Shown piece by piece: positions 12,621-27,264 of a stretch of 64,000 bases of DNA (the first letter of the stretch is position 1; the number at the start of each line of letters is the position of its first letter). The stretch comes from Eledone cirrhosa (lineage: Eukaryota). Below the pieces are notes generated by a model. That model worked only from the letters and a program-made list of their open reading frames with translations. It made no database searches and was not told the DNA's origin. The position numbers and the translations under genes are program-made. Location of the stretch: positions 346,394,001 to 346,458,000 of the forward strand of contig OZ024741.1 of the NCBI GenBank assembly GCA_964016885.1, given 5' to 3'.

Positions 12621-12681
12621 TTCATTCTGACGGCTGAAAACAGATGCAATATCTGCTTTCAAGAAACCACTGGTAAATGAA
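12621..12681 (+). ncRNA. Hammerhead-like motif, probably decayed
   Basis: TTCATT-CTGACGG-(c)TGAAAACAGA..TCTGCTTTCA(a)-GAAA-CCACTGG-TA/AATGAA. One core change (A9 to G) and an unpaired base of stem II. Confidence 0.55.
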
Positions 12682-12772
12682 ATAATTATCTTATGTTGTT
12701 TATTACATAACTAATAAGCTCTGTAGCCTACATAGAGTACTCTTTTTCCCTGTACCCTTCCGACGGAATTAC

Positions 12773-12982
<210 letters not shown>

Positions 12983-14138
12983 AGTTAAAAACTAAAAACA
13001 AAAACAATAACGAAGAGTGCAGTACAAACAGTGTTAGTATTAGGTTCACATAAATCACTCCCTCCTTGCGGACAACTGACACTGCACAATTTGGTGTATT
13101 AATACATGCATCTACATTTAAGTATAGATAAGCGTTTGAAATAGCTTTAATTGTTCATCATTGTGTGCTTGGTAACGTTGTACAATCCTATTATGTTTAC
13201 ACCTACTTTGTTCGTTAGCTATAAAATGGAATGCAATGGAGACCTCCATTGGTTTCAAAATGGTTGTTTCATTTACTCGATCTAGAAAACAGTCTTTGTG
13301 GGGAATCAATATGCGATTGACAGGACTGCTGACCCTTATACCTTTTTGTGATATGACTGGCTCTTTGATTTACAATTGTTGTCAGCTTGATGGCTATCAA
13401 TTTGTTTCCGTGTAACGAATTGTAATCATCAATCTATGTTAACTGATAATCCGCCAATATGCGACCGGACCTTTGGATTGCGAAGCAAATTTCCTACCCA
13501 TTCGATAATACTGCGCCCACACATAGGTCAGTTTTTTTTATATTATTGATTAAATACAGCAAACTAACTCGCAATTCATAAAATTACGTTTGATTCTACG
13601 AGTAGCAATCAGATATTTATTACCTTACAATAAGTAATTATCGTCAATTCACATATACTTTCTATTGACTGGTAGAAATACGTTTTTTCACATACTGTTT
13701 GCAGATGAAATAGTAAATTCGAAGTTTGTTTTCTATGTGTAATTATATCACATTTTATTAACGTACACTTTGTTTATACCATTCTAGATACTGGAATTGA
13801 CTATTAATCGTATACAGCTGTAATTGAATTAGTGGTCTTTTCTAGTTCATAAAACCTTGTCCCTGACGTTTTATATTACTATCAATAATTTATGAGTTTT
13901 TCAATAACAGTAAATACTAATGCCAATCGTTCAGAAAATGTATGTTTATTATTTTAGAATAGAATCCCAACTACATTTTTTCCATAATAGTTGAACTCTC
14001 AGATCCACCTATTATATCATTACATACGAATCTAACATATCTTACGCTTTCACTGCTTGACAAACTACCATTGGCCAAACATCGATGTAACAGTAATTCT
14101 ATTCATACACACACACGATCACAGACACAAACAAACAG

Positions 14139-14140
<2 letters not shown>

Positions 14141-14231
<91 letters not shown>
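14141..14231. repeat. (CA)n microsatellite
   Basis: Directly visible. Confidence 0.98.
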
Positions 14232-14233
<2 letters not shown>

Positions 14234-14865
14234 CGCGCGCACACGTACACACACTTATTTTCTACCACTTTAGATTCTGTATATTTTGAGAGCGTGGTAT
14301 GATATATTGACTGGTTACTTTTAATTGATTAAGTGAATTAGGCATAGATAATATCGGTAACGGTGCCTCGCAGTTTGTGTTATATATTAATCGTTGCAGT
14401 CCGTTTTAGCTATTAGGTTCGACAAATCTATGCTAGCACATGACATTCGTCTACCAATTAAATTGATCCCATTGTCTGAATAATATTTTCTGTCTTCGAC
14501 CTTGGAAATGAATGGTAAAGGATATTTCAACTCTAATCGAACATTTTGTATGTGTAATATAAAATCAGTTCAAAGATCACCCTGATATATTTGTGTGTAA
14601 CCTGCATTCATCAAACTCCACTCAAAACGCGTTGGTCAACCCATGGTTATACTAGAAGACCTAGGCCCAACGAGGCTAGATTTGAACGCAGAACCATATG
14701 TTTGCGGAACAAAGTAATTTACATCACTGCTATACTTCTTGCGTCTATATACATACATTCATATATATAATATATATATTCATATGGAACCCGGTCATTG
14801 AAATGATCATAGTATAATAAACCTTTCAAGAATTTACACCATTCCAGCCTCCTGTTATTTTATTT

Positions 14866-14923
<58 letters not shown>

Positions 14924-14944
14924 TGGGATGAAGTCTAGGGACTC

Positions 14945-14991
<47 letters not shown>

Positions 14992-15119
14992 TCATTAGTT
15001 AAGCAAAACAAGACCACAAATGTCACAAGGAAGACATTATTGAAATATTTTCAACATATTTTAGTTTGATGTAAGGAATGTAGAGAATAATAATAATAAT
15101 ATTTATAATAATAATGTCC

Positions 15120-15238
15120 GTTTACAATTGTTTCGCTACTCCATACAATATTTCTGGATCAAATGATTATATATCATTATTCATCTGGTTCAGTTGAAAA
15201 TAATTAACATAGGTAAAGATAGAGTAGCTCATCGGAAC
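15120..15238 (-). ncRNA. Hammerhead-like motif in the inverted pLTR (CCGAUGA core variant)
   Basis: GTT-CCGATGA-GCTACT..(about 80 nt)..AGTAGC-GAAA-CAATTG-TA/AAC, with palindromic stem III. Confidence 0.65.
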
Positions 15239-15462
15239 TTCAACTCTTTCCTTCTTAAGGAACTTAATAAAAACTATAAAAAACTATACCCTCCAGTGTA
15301 AACTTACTTAACCGAAAAGCCCAGGCTTTGGTTAAGGACTAGCACCTGGATAGATTTACCCACCCTTATGCACCAACAACCCCAAGGTTTTCTCTCAAGG
15401 AGCATAAGCCAAACTTAATAGAGAACCCATCTATTAGACTTATAAACCCAACCACATCCGAC

Positions 15463-17275
15463 TTGGGTCGTATCAGTAAGAACATCCTTGATAGAATCAT
15501 CCCCAAGCTACGAGATGATATCACCTACAAGTTGTGGTCCAACACCGGGCAAGTCATTAGATGGTTCTCCGATCTAAGGTCCAAGGAATCTACGAGGTTC
15601 ATCCAATTTGACATTGACAGCTATTACGCTTCAATAATCCCGGAACTGCTCAACAAACCATTAACCCTAGCCAGCACCAACTCTGACATAACCAATAATG
15701 AGATTGACATCATACTTATGGCTAGGCAGACCATCATTGAATTTAACAGAACACTCTGGACTAGAAAAGACAGAACAGACAACTTTGACATCACGATGGG
15801 CTCAAGTGACTCTGCGCAAATCACCGATTTAGTTGGAATTTACCTATTAGATAACATTAGAGCCGAAATCCAACCCTTGCAAGGCGGAACATACAGGGAC
15901 AACGCTCTATTTGCAGTCCACAATTGCACTAATCGAGGCATTGACTTGCTCAAAAAACAATTACAGAGATTCTTTAAAAATAACGGTCTCTCTATCACCA
16001 TCGAGCAGAACCATAAAGTAGTAAACTTCCTAGACGTTACACTGGATCTTAAAATAACCTATATTACCCTTACCATAAACCAGGTGAAATACTTACATAT
16101 ATTAGCCCACACTTTAACCACCCACCTGCAGTCATCAGAGCAATAATCAAATCTATCTCGTATAGGATCTCCATGCTATCAGCAAATGAGGAGATATTTA
16201 TAAACCATGCAGCATATTATAATAAGGCTCTTTCTGAATCTGGTTATGAACAGTCCATTTACTACATACCTAAATGCCATAACACAGCAATTCACCACAA
16301 CCATAATAAACTTAACACTAGAACTAGAAATACCTTAGCATATAGCCAGATTCGCCGGAATTTTAGCAGTAACAGCACTTATACAGGGAACCTTAATGGT
16401 GGCAGTGGCCTGCTTCCGACTCCAAGTAGCAAACTAAAAATCAACCCTAGAATAGGAATGAGCAATGGGATGACAAATAACAAATGCCCAGGTAATAATA
16501 ACCCTATGAAGGCCCCTACCAACTCCACTAGAACCCCTAGAAGGAATAGGCCTAAAAATATCACCTGGCTTAACCCCCATTCTCATCTAATCTAGCCACT
16601 AATATCCCTAAACGCTTCTTCTCTATCCTATCTAAACATTCCCCTCCCCCAATCATAGATATTACAAACTCTTTAATAAAAATAACATTAATATCTCATT
16701 TTCCATAACACCTAACCTAGCTAGCCACATCCCATTGAGTAACAATCATAAACTAAGACAGTATTACTCCCACACCGCGGTACCACCACCCCCATCAAAT
16801 ACACCACACCACTACACCAATACTTACTCTAGTAGCACACCTCCCCCATCTAATCCTTCTAGCACTGACCAACCGCTTAGGTTAAACAACCCTACTCTCA
16901 CTAACCCCAGAAGTAACTGCAACTGCCGTTACCCTAATGCATGCTCCTATATCGGGTTTACCTCTAACCCTTTTAAGGTACGCTATAACGCGCACTCTTT
17001 TTCCTTCCGAGACCCTAACAACAGATGTTCGACATCTCTAGCTAGGCTCATTAAAAACCTTAAATTAACCAACATGATCACTCACTAATATGGGATATCT
17101 TGGCTAGGGCCCAACCGTTCAATGGACGAAGAAAATCTTGTGACCTCTGTCTTACCGAAGCATATTACATAACTCTATCACGACCTCTACCGATTAATGA
17201 TAGAATGGTGGTAACTATTAGCTGTCAACATCGAAAGGATAATTCCTTCGCCAATAGAATATTTGACCCAACATA
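15463..17275 (+). pseudogene. PLE polyprotein (RT plus GIY-YIG), frameshifted
   Basis: FIQFDIDSYYASI, FDITMGSSDSAQITDLVG, GGTYRDN (DD changed to DN), VNFLDVTLDL, NHAAYYNKALSESGY, NITWLNP, CNCRYPNAC/SYIGFTSNPFKVRYNAH, CDLCLTE. Confidence 0.9.
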
Positions 17276-17655
17276 GTCATGTAGCCCCATTTTTACTTGT
17301 AGCTAATAAGTTAAATAGCTATAACTAACATAGATAATTATAAGTTACCTCCCTTACATTTTCTCTCAATAAAAAAATAAAAAAATAGCACTTAACTATA
17401 AACTACCCACAATTTCTAATCTCTCGAGGAGTTACTTCCCCTGAAACAACCCTCTAATTAGTAAGGTAAATATGTCCATTGGTGGCCATCTTGTTACCCA
17501 TAGGCAGATCTCAGACAATGCAGCCTCGACAGAAGAATACTGCTGGACTATGGCAGACAATTGATATACCCAGGACACCATAGTGATATACCAATATATG
17601 GAACATTACATTTATGTAACATTCTTCCCTTATTTTAATTTATATTCCTTTTGAA

Positions 17656-17774
17656 GTTCCGATGAGCTGCTCTATCTTTACCTATGTTAATTATTTTCAA
17701 CTGAACCAGATCAATAATGATATATAATCATTTGATCGAGAAATAATATATGAAGTAGCGAAAAAATTGTCAAC
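17656..17774 (+). ncRNA. Hammerhead-like motif in the 3' pLTR (CCGAUGA core variant)
   Basis: GTT-CCGATGA-GCTGCT..AGTAGC-GAAA-AAATTG-TC/AAC. Confidence 0.6.
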
Positions 17775-18927
17775 GGACATTATTATTATTAATATTATTA
17801 TTATTATTCTCTACATTCCTTACATCAAACTAAAATATGTTAACAATCTTTTAATAATATCTTCCTTGTGAAATTTGTGGTCTTGTTTTGCTTAACTAAT
17901 GAATATTTCCAGCTCTGTGCACCTAACCTCTGCATGAACCCAGCCACCTAGCTGCTTTCCACTGCGTATTGCACATTGAGCACATGCCTTTACGCTTTGG
18001 CTTCTAACTAATTCACCAATCCCTCCTCTCCTATATCCTCTCCTATTTCCATCTCTCTCTTTAAGATTGGTTACTCTTGAACTGTGTATATATATATGCA
18101 TATATATATGGGGGTTGTAGTGTTGTACCTATGTAAATCCGTATGCATCTATACCTATCTCTCTCCCGAAATATATGTTTATATAACGAGAGGGATAGTG
18201 AGAGAACAAAACATGCAGAGTTAGATGGATATATAGATATACAATAAAATAGTAATACATAGATATTCACAGACAAACTTACATTCTTGAACACACTGTA
18301 AGCCGTACTCACACACGCATACACACAAACACAAACACACACATACACAGATACTTAATTTCTTTCTTCTTTCGTGTCCACACTATTGCAATTCCTAACA
18401 CATCACACCTTTGATCCTACGTTGCATTATATTGACAAACCTCTTTCTTACTCCACATGCTAAATATACCTGACGCCTTGCCTCACTTTTCTCCTAACCA
18501 AATTCTTGCATTTCACTTAAGTGTCATTAGTAACTAAACTCAAAAATTGCACGCGTAACATCCTATATTAACCCAGAATCATTCTTGCTTTACAATGAAT
18601 GCAAAATCCCTCCTTTGCAAGATATGAGGATGGTAGGTTTTCTTTTGTCTTTGTTTTGTTCGTTTTTCTATTTGTAACTGTTCTGCATATTAAGCTTCTA
18701 AAATATATCAGAGAAGAAAAATATATCACACCTGGCAACAATGAAATTTTCATGAAGCTACATATTATCCAGAATCAATACAATGCCGTATCAAATACGA
18801 AAAGTCGGCAAACATAATTAACTTTTGGTAGGCACCGTCCTTCTTTATTTATCATGGGCGTTGAGACGTTTCGCGAGTTTTGTCATAAATTTCCCATAAA
18901 TGAATGAATTATGTTTGGCAACATTTG

Positions 18928-19400
18928 TCATGGAAATATCTTATAGATATCCCCAAAGCGTTTAGCAACTAAACAGTGACTATGGATGATGCAATGTACG
19001 TAACAGTTTAGATGTGGTATTTTTTTAATATACTTAGTGAAACTCTGATTATTCAGAATAGCAGTACCCTCGTTCACACACAGATTTCTTTTTATATTTC
19101 TCATGCAAAATATTGTTTTCTTAACATATATGATAACTTCAAAAATTGTTTCAGCTTTTCTGTCTTTGGGAAAACAAACATCAACCAAAATACTAATAAA
19201 AAACTTCGATTTAGCTTAAAATTGTTTACTCAATTTCAAGGACCGACAATTATTTATACAATTGCACATCTAGTCATTTTTTCAGACAATTAGCTATTTC
19301 ATCAATGATGAGTTGCTTTAAATAATTCAAGTACTAATTTCGTATGCTCTCATTTTGCTTCATGAAAGTTGAAATTACCACACATACTACAGCGGAAAAA
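18928..19400 (-). pseudogene. hAT (Charlie/Buster-like) transposase remnant
   Basis: KYIKKIPHLNCYVHCIIHSHCLVAK matches the hAT CxxH motif (HCIIHRxxLxAK). Heavily decayed and the extent is approximate. Confidence 0.6.
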
Positions 19401-19710
19401 AATACAACACCACTTATGTAGCTTGCCAGCTTGCAATTCCTTTTTTCAATCTTATCGGCTGCCTGTAGAGTATTGTCTAGTTCAGATACACTTTTGATTC
19501 AATGCTTTCTTAGCTCGGGAACAATTACATATTTTCTTTATTGCGTTTTGTCTCCAAAGTGTTACACATCATAAATAGCTATGGGGAGAAAATATGCTTA
19601 ATTAATTATGCCATTCAATAGGGTGCATTAGTCACGTGAGCCGTAAGAAATACACATTGGGGCTTATAATGTATTTTGCAAAACACGTAAAATGGAATTA
19701 CCATAAGCCC

Positions 19711-19788
19711 TTCTTCTTCTTCTTCTTCTTCTTCTTCTTCTTCTTCTTCTTCTTCTTCTTCTTCTTCTTCTTCTTCTTCTTCTTCTTG
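19711..19788. repeat. (TTC)n microsatellite
   Basis: Directly visible. Confidence 0.98.
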
Positions 19789-20674
19789 GAGAAAGACTCG
19801 CGGGGGAAGAGTTTTCAAACCGAGACTAACCGAGTTCATGGATGTTATACAACCATCTTGTTCGGCGTCTACGCCTGCGTCTCCTGTCGATTGATTTAGC
19901 CTCTATCATCTGTCCAGCGATTCTTTTCTGATACATTCTAATCAGAGAAGTTGTGGTTCTATCTGTAGCGACTCTCTGATTTCTGAGCTACGAACTCTAT
20001 CGGGTAACGTTACTCCAAAAAAAAAAAAACCTTTCGAAAGAACCCCATTTCGACCGCTTGTATTAGCAATCGTATTCGTTCAGTCACCTACCTCCCTTCT
20101 TCTGATTACCAAATGCTGGAGCTGGCGCATTATTACTACAGCTCCTACAATTCCTGTACTTAATTCAATCACCTGCTTGAAATTCTCCACATGCTTCAGT
20201 GGAACTCCACTCACATTTAGAGTTCACTGTGCAGGATTCGTTGAGTGTCACATTCTTCGCCGCAGACGTTGAATATGTGACATTGCAAATATTTTATGAC
20301 AACCACATAGTTTAAAATTTCTAAGTTGCTAGGCAAATGTTTAAAATTTTCATATTTCAATAAATTAGCTTATTCGTGTGATATTTACATAACATGGTTT
20401 ATTCACACGCTTCTATAAAATGATTAAACATTCCTATAAAAAGGTTTAACATTTATATGTTACTATGATACAGTTTAAAATATTTATTAACAAAGGAATA
20501 CTGAATATTGATAAGTGCGATAGGAAATTCTTCTGAACTGGGAATTCAACGAGAATATTTTGCCTAAGCTCACTTATACACTTTAACACACGCACACATA
20601 TATATTAAATATTTGCTAGCATAGTACTCCAGAAAAACAACGCGGTTAATAGTAAATTATTTAATTAAATAGTA

Positions 20675-20881
20675 ATTTCTGAGTTAGGCACAAGGCCAAC
20701 AATTTTGAAGGAGGGGAAAGTCGATTAAATCGTCCCAAGTTATAGTTACTTTATTTTACCGACCCCGTAAGGATGAAAGACAGAGCTATCCTGCACGGGA
20801 TTTGAACTCAAAACGTTAAGGGCCGTAACTCTGTGGTGCAAAGCATGTTGTCCGACGCTCTACCGATACTGCCAGTCCACC
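20675..20881 (-). mobile_element. tRNA-derived SINE
   Basis: Minus strand: A-box-like TGGCAGTATCGG, B-box GAGTTCAAATCCC, central ctttcatccttacggggtcg.taaaataaagt (resembles the MetaSINE domain, from recall), tail ttgtgcct. Same family at 31.2-32.2 kb; decayed copies near 2.4 and 2.9 kb. Confidence 0.8.
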
Positions 20882-21075
20882 ACTTTATTTGGAATGATTT
20901 CATAAAGATATTATTTAATTAAATAATGTCTTTATTAAATCATTCCATGTAAGTTTGCTTGAACCCTCGATATTCCTTGAGCTTCTTCTTGTCAAAATTA
21001 TCATCCCTGTACTTCATTTTAAATTCATATAAATCCCTATATATATAAATATATATATATATATAGATAATAGCT

Positions 21076-21106
<31 letters not shown>

Positions 21107-21107
<1 letters not shown>

Positions 21108-21142
21108 CATTATCTATAAAAGGCAGATTGTTGTTGTTGTTG

Positions 21143-21191
<49 letters not shown>

Positions 21192-22358
21192 ATGTTCCAT
21201 GTTTATACATTTGCATAATTTCAAACTGATTCGACTCAACGTCGGTGAGAATGTTGCAAATGGTCTAACTTAGGTCACCGACTATTTATTTCATTCAAAA
21301 TCGCCCACAATTACAGAAACAATCGATAAAACTAAATACATGACGCTTGACCCTCTAATAAATCAGATAACCGCTCTCTACTCTCCTTCATCAGAGAAAG
21401 TTGCACCATCTATATAGTTTTATCGAATTTTGAGGGTGAGTTTGAAATAAATAAATAGTCGTAGACGTAAGTCAGACCATTTACAACATTCTTACAGACT
21501 TTTAGTCGAATCAGTTTGAAAATGGAAATGTATAAACATGGAACATGTACACACACACAACAACAACAATCTGCCTTTTATAGATAATGATGATGATTAA
21601 ACTTACATACTTTAAGAGAGAGAGAGAGAGAGAAAGTGAGAGAGAGAGAGATAGAGAGAGAGAGAGATAGAGAGAACGTTTGTTTTTGAGTGTGGAACGG
21701 TCAAATATTTATTTACTTCAATGACAAAGAGAACTTATTACATTTCATACGAAACAACAATTATTCAAAAGCAACAGATAAATTTATTCCACAACAAAAT
21801 ATAGCGATAAATCTTTTTTAAAACATCTATCAACGAACGTGGAAAAAGAAGTATCAGTTCATTTACTATACACAATAATATCCTCTATGAGGTCACTAAA
21901 CCTGCTAGAAACAGCAGCTAACACTTCCCCATATCACACCACTCCCTACTGTCTTAAATTTAGAAAACATATCCTCTATGAGGTCACTAAACCTGCTAGA
22001 AACAGCAGCTAACTCTCCCCCACACCACACCCCTCCCTACTGTCATACATTTAGAAAACACACATTCAACAACCATGCAGAACAACTCCATCGCTGCTCT
22101 GTTGTTCGGCTGGCATCGTCTACGCGCGTGTTGCGCAAGTACTGTGAAACAATAAATTTCAACACTTCTTTGCACAGAGATAATATCCATAGGCGAAACA
22201 ACAATTGTCACTGCCTTCGCAGCTCCTGCTTCGGCAGTCCAGGTCTACAATTCATTCACCCAGTGCCTGACAGACAAAAAAGCGCTACCATTAAATGGGT
22301 GGTGCAACCTAACTTTGGTAACTTACTGACCCCGAGCAACGCCAGGCTTTAATGCTAG
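21107..22358 (+). mobile_element. Putative non-autonomous Helitron containing a fold-back of its own 5' end (21107-21590)
   Basis: A|TCATTATCTATAAAAGGCAGA 5' end, with an inverted copy ending at 21590. Imperfect hairpin cccgagcaacgccagg plus CTAG|T at 22331-22359. Linking the two ends is an inference. Confidence 0.55.
21878..22060 (+). repeat. 91-bp tandem duplication
   Basis: tcctctatgaggtcactaaacctgctagaaacagcagctaac at 21881 and 21972. Confidence 0.9.
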
Positions 22359-22387
22359 TATATATATATTTATACTATAAAGTAAAG

Positions 22388-22760
22388 CATGTCCATAGAA
22401 TCATTTGATAATATATAAACATCATTTCTTCTCCCAATTAGCATAATTAACCACACAAAAAATCAATTAGACCAGGCTATAAGATTAATAGGCAACTATG
22501 AAAAAACAGTAAACAAATAAACGATAGCAGCGTCTTCGCGGCCAACTGCTATAGAATATTTACCCAACATTTCAACAGCACGTGGAAAGTAATTAAATAT
22601 ACGGTCAACCATACACAATTAGGTATAAAATTAAAGTTAGAAATGCTTATATACATACCAGGATTAAATTCCTAAATCCGGACCCATGGGTTTCGTTCTC
22701 ATTTTGAAATATCCTATTAAGGATAAATCTCGAGTTTCGAACTATTGAGGGGACAAACTC
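22388..22760 (-). repeat. Dispersed pLTR/retrozyme-like repeat with a decayed hammerhead; second copy at about 59672-59955
   Basis: Shared catgtc.atagaatca..tctcccaattagcataattaacca..aaaaaatcaattagacca.gctataaga. Minus strand gttc..gaac-GAAA-CCCATGGG-TC at 22681-22745, but the CUGANGA box is degraded. Confidence 0.65.
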
Positions 22761-22808
22761 GCTAGGACTGATTATTATATATATTATATTATATATATTA
22801 TATTATAT

Positions 22809-23553
<745 letters not shown>

Positions 23554-23566
23554 TATATATATATAT

Positions 23567-23600
<34 letters not shown>

Positions 23601-23830
23601 GACTTTCTATTTATTTGCCACCAGGGCATCAAAGATTGGGACAAATACAAGAGGGGGAGTTTACATACATTTCAAGGGACGTGTAAAAACATATAACAAA
23701 TCAAATTCAACAATCGAAGTCCTCCAATAGGAGGGGGCGTTGACGTAGGTCGCACACACCCCTGAAAAGATGTGCAACCCTCCTCCTCAGGAGCACAAAG
23801 AGCGGGTGCTCCCTTCCTCTCCTCTCTCAC

Positions 23831-26800
23831 CTACAGGCTGATATAGAGAGAAGGTCCATTCACTCAGGCCATTCTCGCCACTGTCACCCACCTTTCATAA
23901 AACTTGCTGGGGTAGGGAACCTCTCTCTCCATTCTGATCCTTCTTCTAAAATGGTATTTGAAAAAAAGGACCAGTTGTTGGCCGGAGAGAAAGGTGTCTG
24001 ACCCCAGCCCTTTCAACCTCGTCCACCATACAACCTCTTTAGCCATGGCTATCACACAGAGGGAAAACCGCCTCTCCTTCGTTTTTGAAGGGGGGAGGCG
24101 GTTTGATCGTGACAATGTACTCGGTGGTCAACCGGATTGGTCCCACCCGCGACAGTAGTCGTTCCACATAGTCCCACAGGTCAGCAACGCCCGGGCTTGT
24201 ACGAATGCGTGCTTGACGGTTTCCACGTCACGCACGCATCTTGGAGAGATCTTTTTCGAGGAGTCCCTCCTCGGGCGCCCGTGTCTGTAGAGTTTGTCCC
24301 GAACGGGTAGAGCTCCTCTGTATCACTGCCAAGCCAGGGCCTTTTGAAAGTTGTCCATCGGTCCTGGGCCAAACGTCCTACCCAACAGACTGGCTAGTTC
24401 TTCTTCCTCCATGCGCTTAGCTTCTCCGAGAGCGTCGACGCACTTGCTGCGCACTAACCCTTTATAGAATGTCGAGGTGGAGTCTCCACTCATTGCCGGA
24501 TCAGCTTGCCAGAGGGCCATGAGCGCCTGGGCACATTCAATGTGCCAGTCACCCACTTTTATCGGTCTTTGCTTGACCCAGGATTGCAGTTAGGTGGGCG
24601 AGACGAGTCTCGGAAAGGCTCGCCTCACAAAAGGGGCCCAAAACGGTTGACCGGTGAGGAATATCTGGAGGTGCCGTAGCCTTAATGCGTCTTTACGCAT
24701 GGTCAGCCATGGTAACCCCAGCCCTCCGTTCGAAGGGTGTTGACAGCAGATGGATCTTCTCACCAAAGGGGCCCGCTTCTTCCAAAGGAATTGGAAGAGC
24801 GTGCGCCCCATTTTGGCGAGCGTTTTCGCTGGGCAAGGCACGATGGTCAAGCGGTAGTAGATGACGGACGCTAAAGAAGTGTTGGCCACCTCCGCTCGAC
24901 CTTTCAGGGATAGTTTGCACTCGGTCCACTTCTGGGCGAGTGCAAACACCCTGCCCGTTACTTCGTCCCAGCTTTTCTTCACCTGGAAGTCTGTTCCGAA
25001 CCAGACCCCGAGCAGCTTCACCGGTCCCATCGTCCAGCGTCCGACGACGCCGTCGCAGGGCATCAGTTTGCCTCTCCACGTTCCGAGATGCAAACCGACG
25101 GACTTGTCCGGTTCAGCTTGGCTCCTGTAAACATTTCGTATTCCTCCAGTAAGGTGCCGATCTCCCCGATTTCCGACGCACACGACACCATTACTGTCAC
25201 GTCATCGGCGTAGGCCGACACCGCTTTCCGCAATCCCGGTTCCAAGGGGATGCCCTGTAACAGCTCCAACTTCTGCAGTAGTGGCTCGAGAGCCAGTACG
25301 TACAGAAGGGAGGAGAGAGGGCATCCCTGTCGGGTGGATCGCGTGATTTGGAACGGCTCCGAGAGGTAGCCGTTCACGTTGGCCCTCGAACAAATGTTGC
25401 TGCTGTGTATTGCAGCAATCCGGTCCCTGAAAACGGGCCCGAAGCCTGCCGCCGCGACACCACATCCAGGTACCGATAGTCGACCCTATTGAACGCCTTA
25501 GATTGAACCAAGTTGATCAGGGCCCCACCCAAAGCCGGGTTCACTCCCTACCCTCTCTATGATGTATCGCATGAGGTGGAGGTTGTCGTGTATGGACCTG
25601 GACGGGATTGTGCATGTGTGCGCTTCTCCCACCAGGTTCCCGCCGACAAGCGCTAACACCTTGGCCAAAATCTTTAACTCTGTATTTAGCAGAGTTATGG
25701 ATCTGAAGTTATCTATGTCATCCCCCTTGTTCTCGTCCATCCTCACTAGCGTGACTGCGTCCTTGGTCACAGAACTGGGAATTCCCCCGTTCTGTTGCCA
25801 GTTGCAGTAGACCGCCTCGAGGAGATCGGAGAACAATTCCGGAATCGCTACACAAAGTTCGTATCGTAGACCATCGAGACCCAGAGAGTTGCGTTTGCCG
25901 CATCGGCTCAGCGCTTCCCATATTTCAGTGGCTGAAATCGGCCTTTTGCAGGACTTCGCCTCCCCGTCCGAGAGCCGCGGCAGACCGTCGAGGTATGGAC
26001 CGAAATCCATGGTCTCACCGGCCCGCCGCCCCTCCCGAACAGTCGTGCAAAGTGCCGCGCACATCCGCTCAGGTTCAAGGATCCTTCAAAGACCGAATCG
26101 TGGACTTACTTCCACTTTTTGCCTATCATTCGGGCCCAGCTAACAGCTTTGTCTCCCTCCTTACCCAGAGCACGTATTTTACTCCTAACAACGCAGCCCT
26201 CGTACTTCGCGTCAAAGAACTGGTCTAGGGCCGTTCTTGACGCCAGCACGCCGGCCACGTTGCCACACCTAATCGCCTCTTCTACTCTATCTATCAATTC
26301 CCTTTCAGTTCTATTCCTATCTAATGCTAATTCCTGACTAAAACCTATCGATTCTATTCTAATTGCTCTCTTGAGAGAGCCCCACCACCTGCTGTTGACA
26401 ATTTTCCCCATCAAGCGCTGCTTAACTAAAGTGCTAATCCGTTTACTGTAAGCTTTGTTTGTCGGTAAGTACAAGTTTAGCTTCCAGTAACCGGGTCTTT
26501 GTCTATGGGTTCTATCAAGGTTGACTACGCAGGTGATTAACTTGTGATCTGAATAGTTAACCATGAACATTCGTGGACAGTTTAATATGTCCCTATCCTT
26601 ATTTTAAACTAGGAATCTATCTAGGTACGACCTAGATATTCCGCTGCGATTAGTCCACGTCCACAGTGGCACAGTCGGAAAATCTAGTCGATATCTCTCG
26701 GCAAGGTCAAATCGGCCGATTAACTGTTTGAGGCTGTTACACCCCCCTCTATCGGGACATACCCCTACATAATCCCAGCGTGAATCCAGGATACCATTCC

Positions 26801-27223
26801 AGTCCCCCACTAAAAGCAAGGAGCGGGAAGTTCCCAGAAAATCTCTAGACGTTGGAAGAAGTCTGGTGCGCGGTGTCCCAGATGGGGCATACGCTGCCAC
26901 CAGCCTGAAGGCTCCACCTTCCCTACTGCGACGTCTAGAACCACCAGTCGACCCTCTGGGACCAGGTGTACCTTCTGTGTTGCGAGGTCCAGGTGTTTTC
27001 GCAGCAGAACGTCAATCCCACCCCCATCCCCCGGCTGACAGAGAGATGCATAGTTCTCAAAGTCGTCGAAGATGGGGGCCAGTTAGTGCTCGCTGCTGAT
27101 CCTGGACTCGCAAATAGCTATTACATCCATTCTGTGCGACCAGAGGTCTTTTAAGAGTTTGCCCTTCTTCCAGGACATCCCCAGGCCGCGCATATTTAAA
27201 CATCCAACTCTTATAACAGCCAT
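23831..27223 (-). pseudogene. Tx1 ORF2 (APE plus RT), many frameshifts
   Basis: AAYAP, LVGDWN, SYLDRF, YSDH, NFRSITLLN, TRQGCPLS, AYADD, KLLGVWF, GGLGLP. Confidence 0.92.
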
Positions 27224-27264
27224 GTTGGTGGTGAAGAGTTAAAGTGGAGAAAAAGAAAAGACAC

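Larger units (their letters stand above)
14989..17905 (+). mobile_element. Penelope-like (Naiad-type) retroelement with inverted pseudo-LTR
   Basis: RT and GIY-YIG remnants lie between about 255-bp inverted repeats (14989-15243 and 17651-17905), each containing a hammerhead-like motif. Confidence 0.9.

Noticed and set aside
19790-20090. Old RTE-like LINE fragment beside (TTC)n
   Set aside because: Too decayed to give a supportable protein motif.
20790-20881. tRNA gene
   Set aside because: A and B boxes are present but there is no cloverleaf, and it continues into a SINE body found in several copies.
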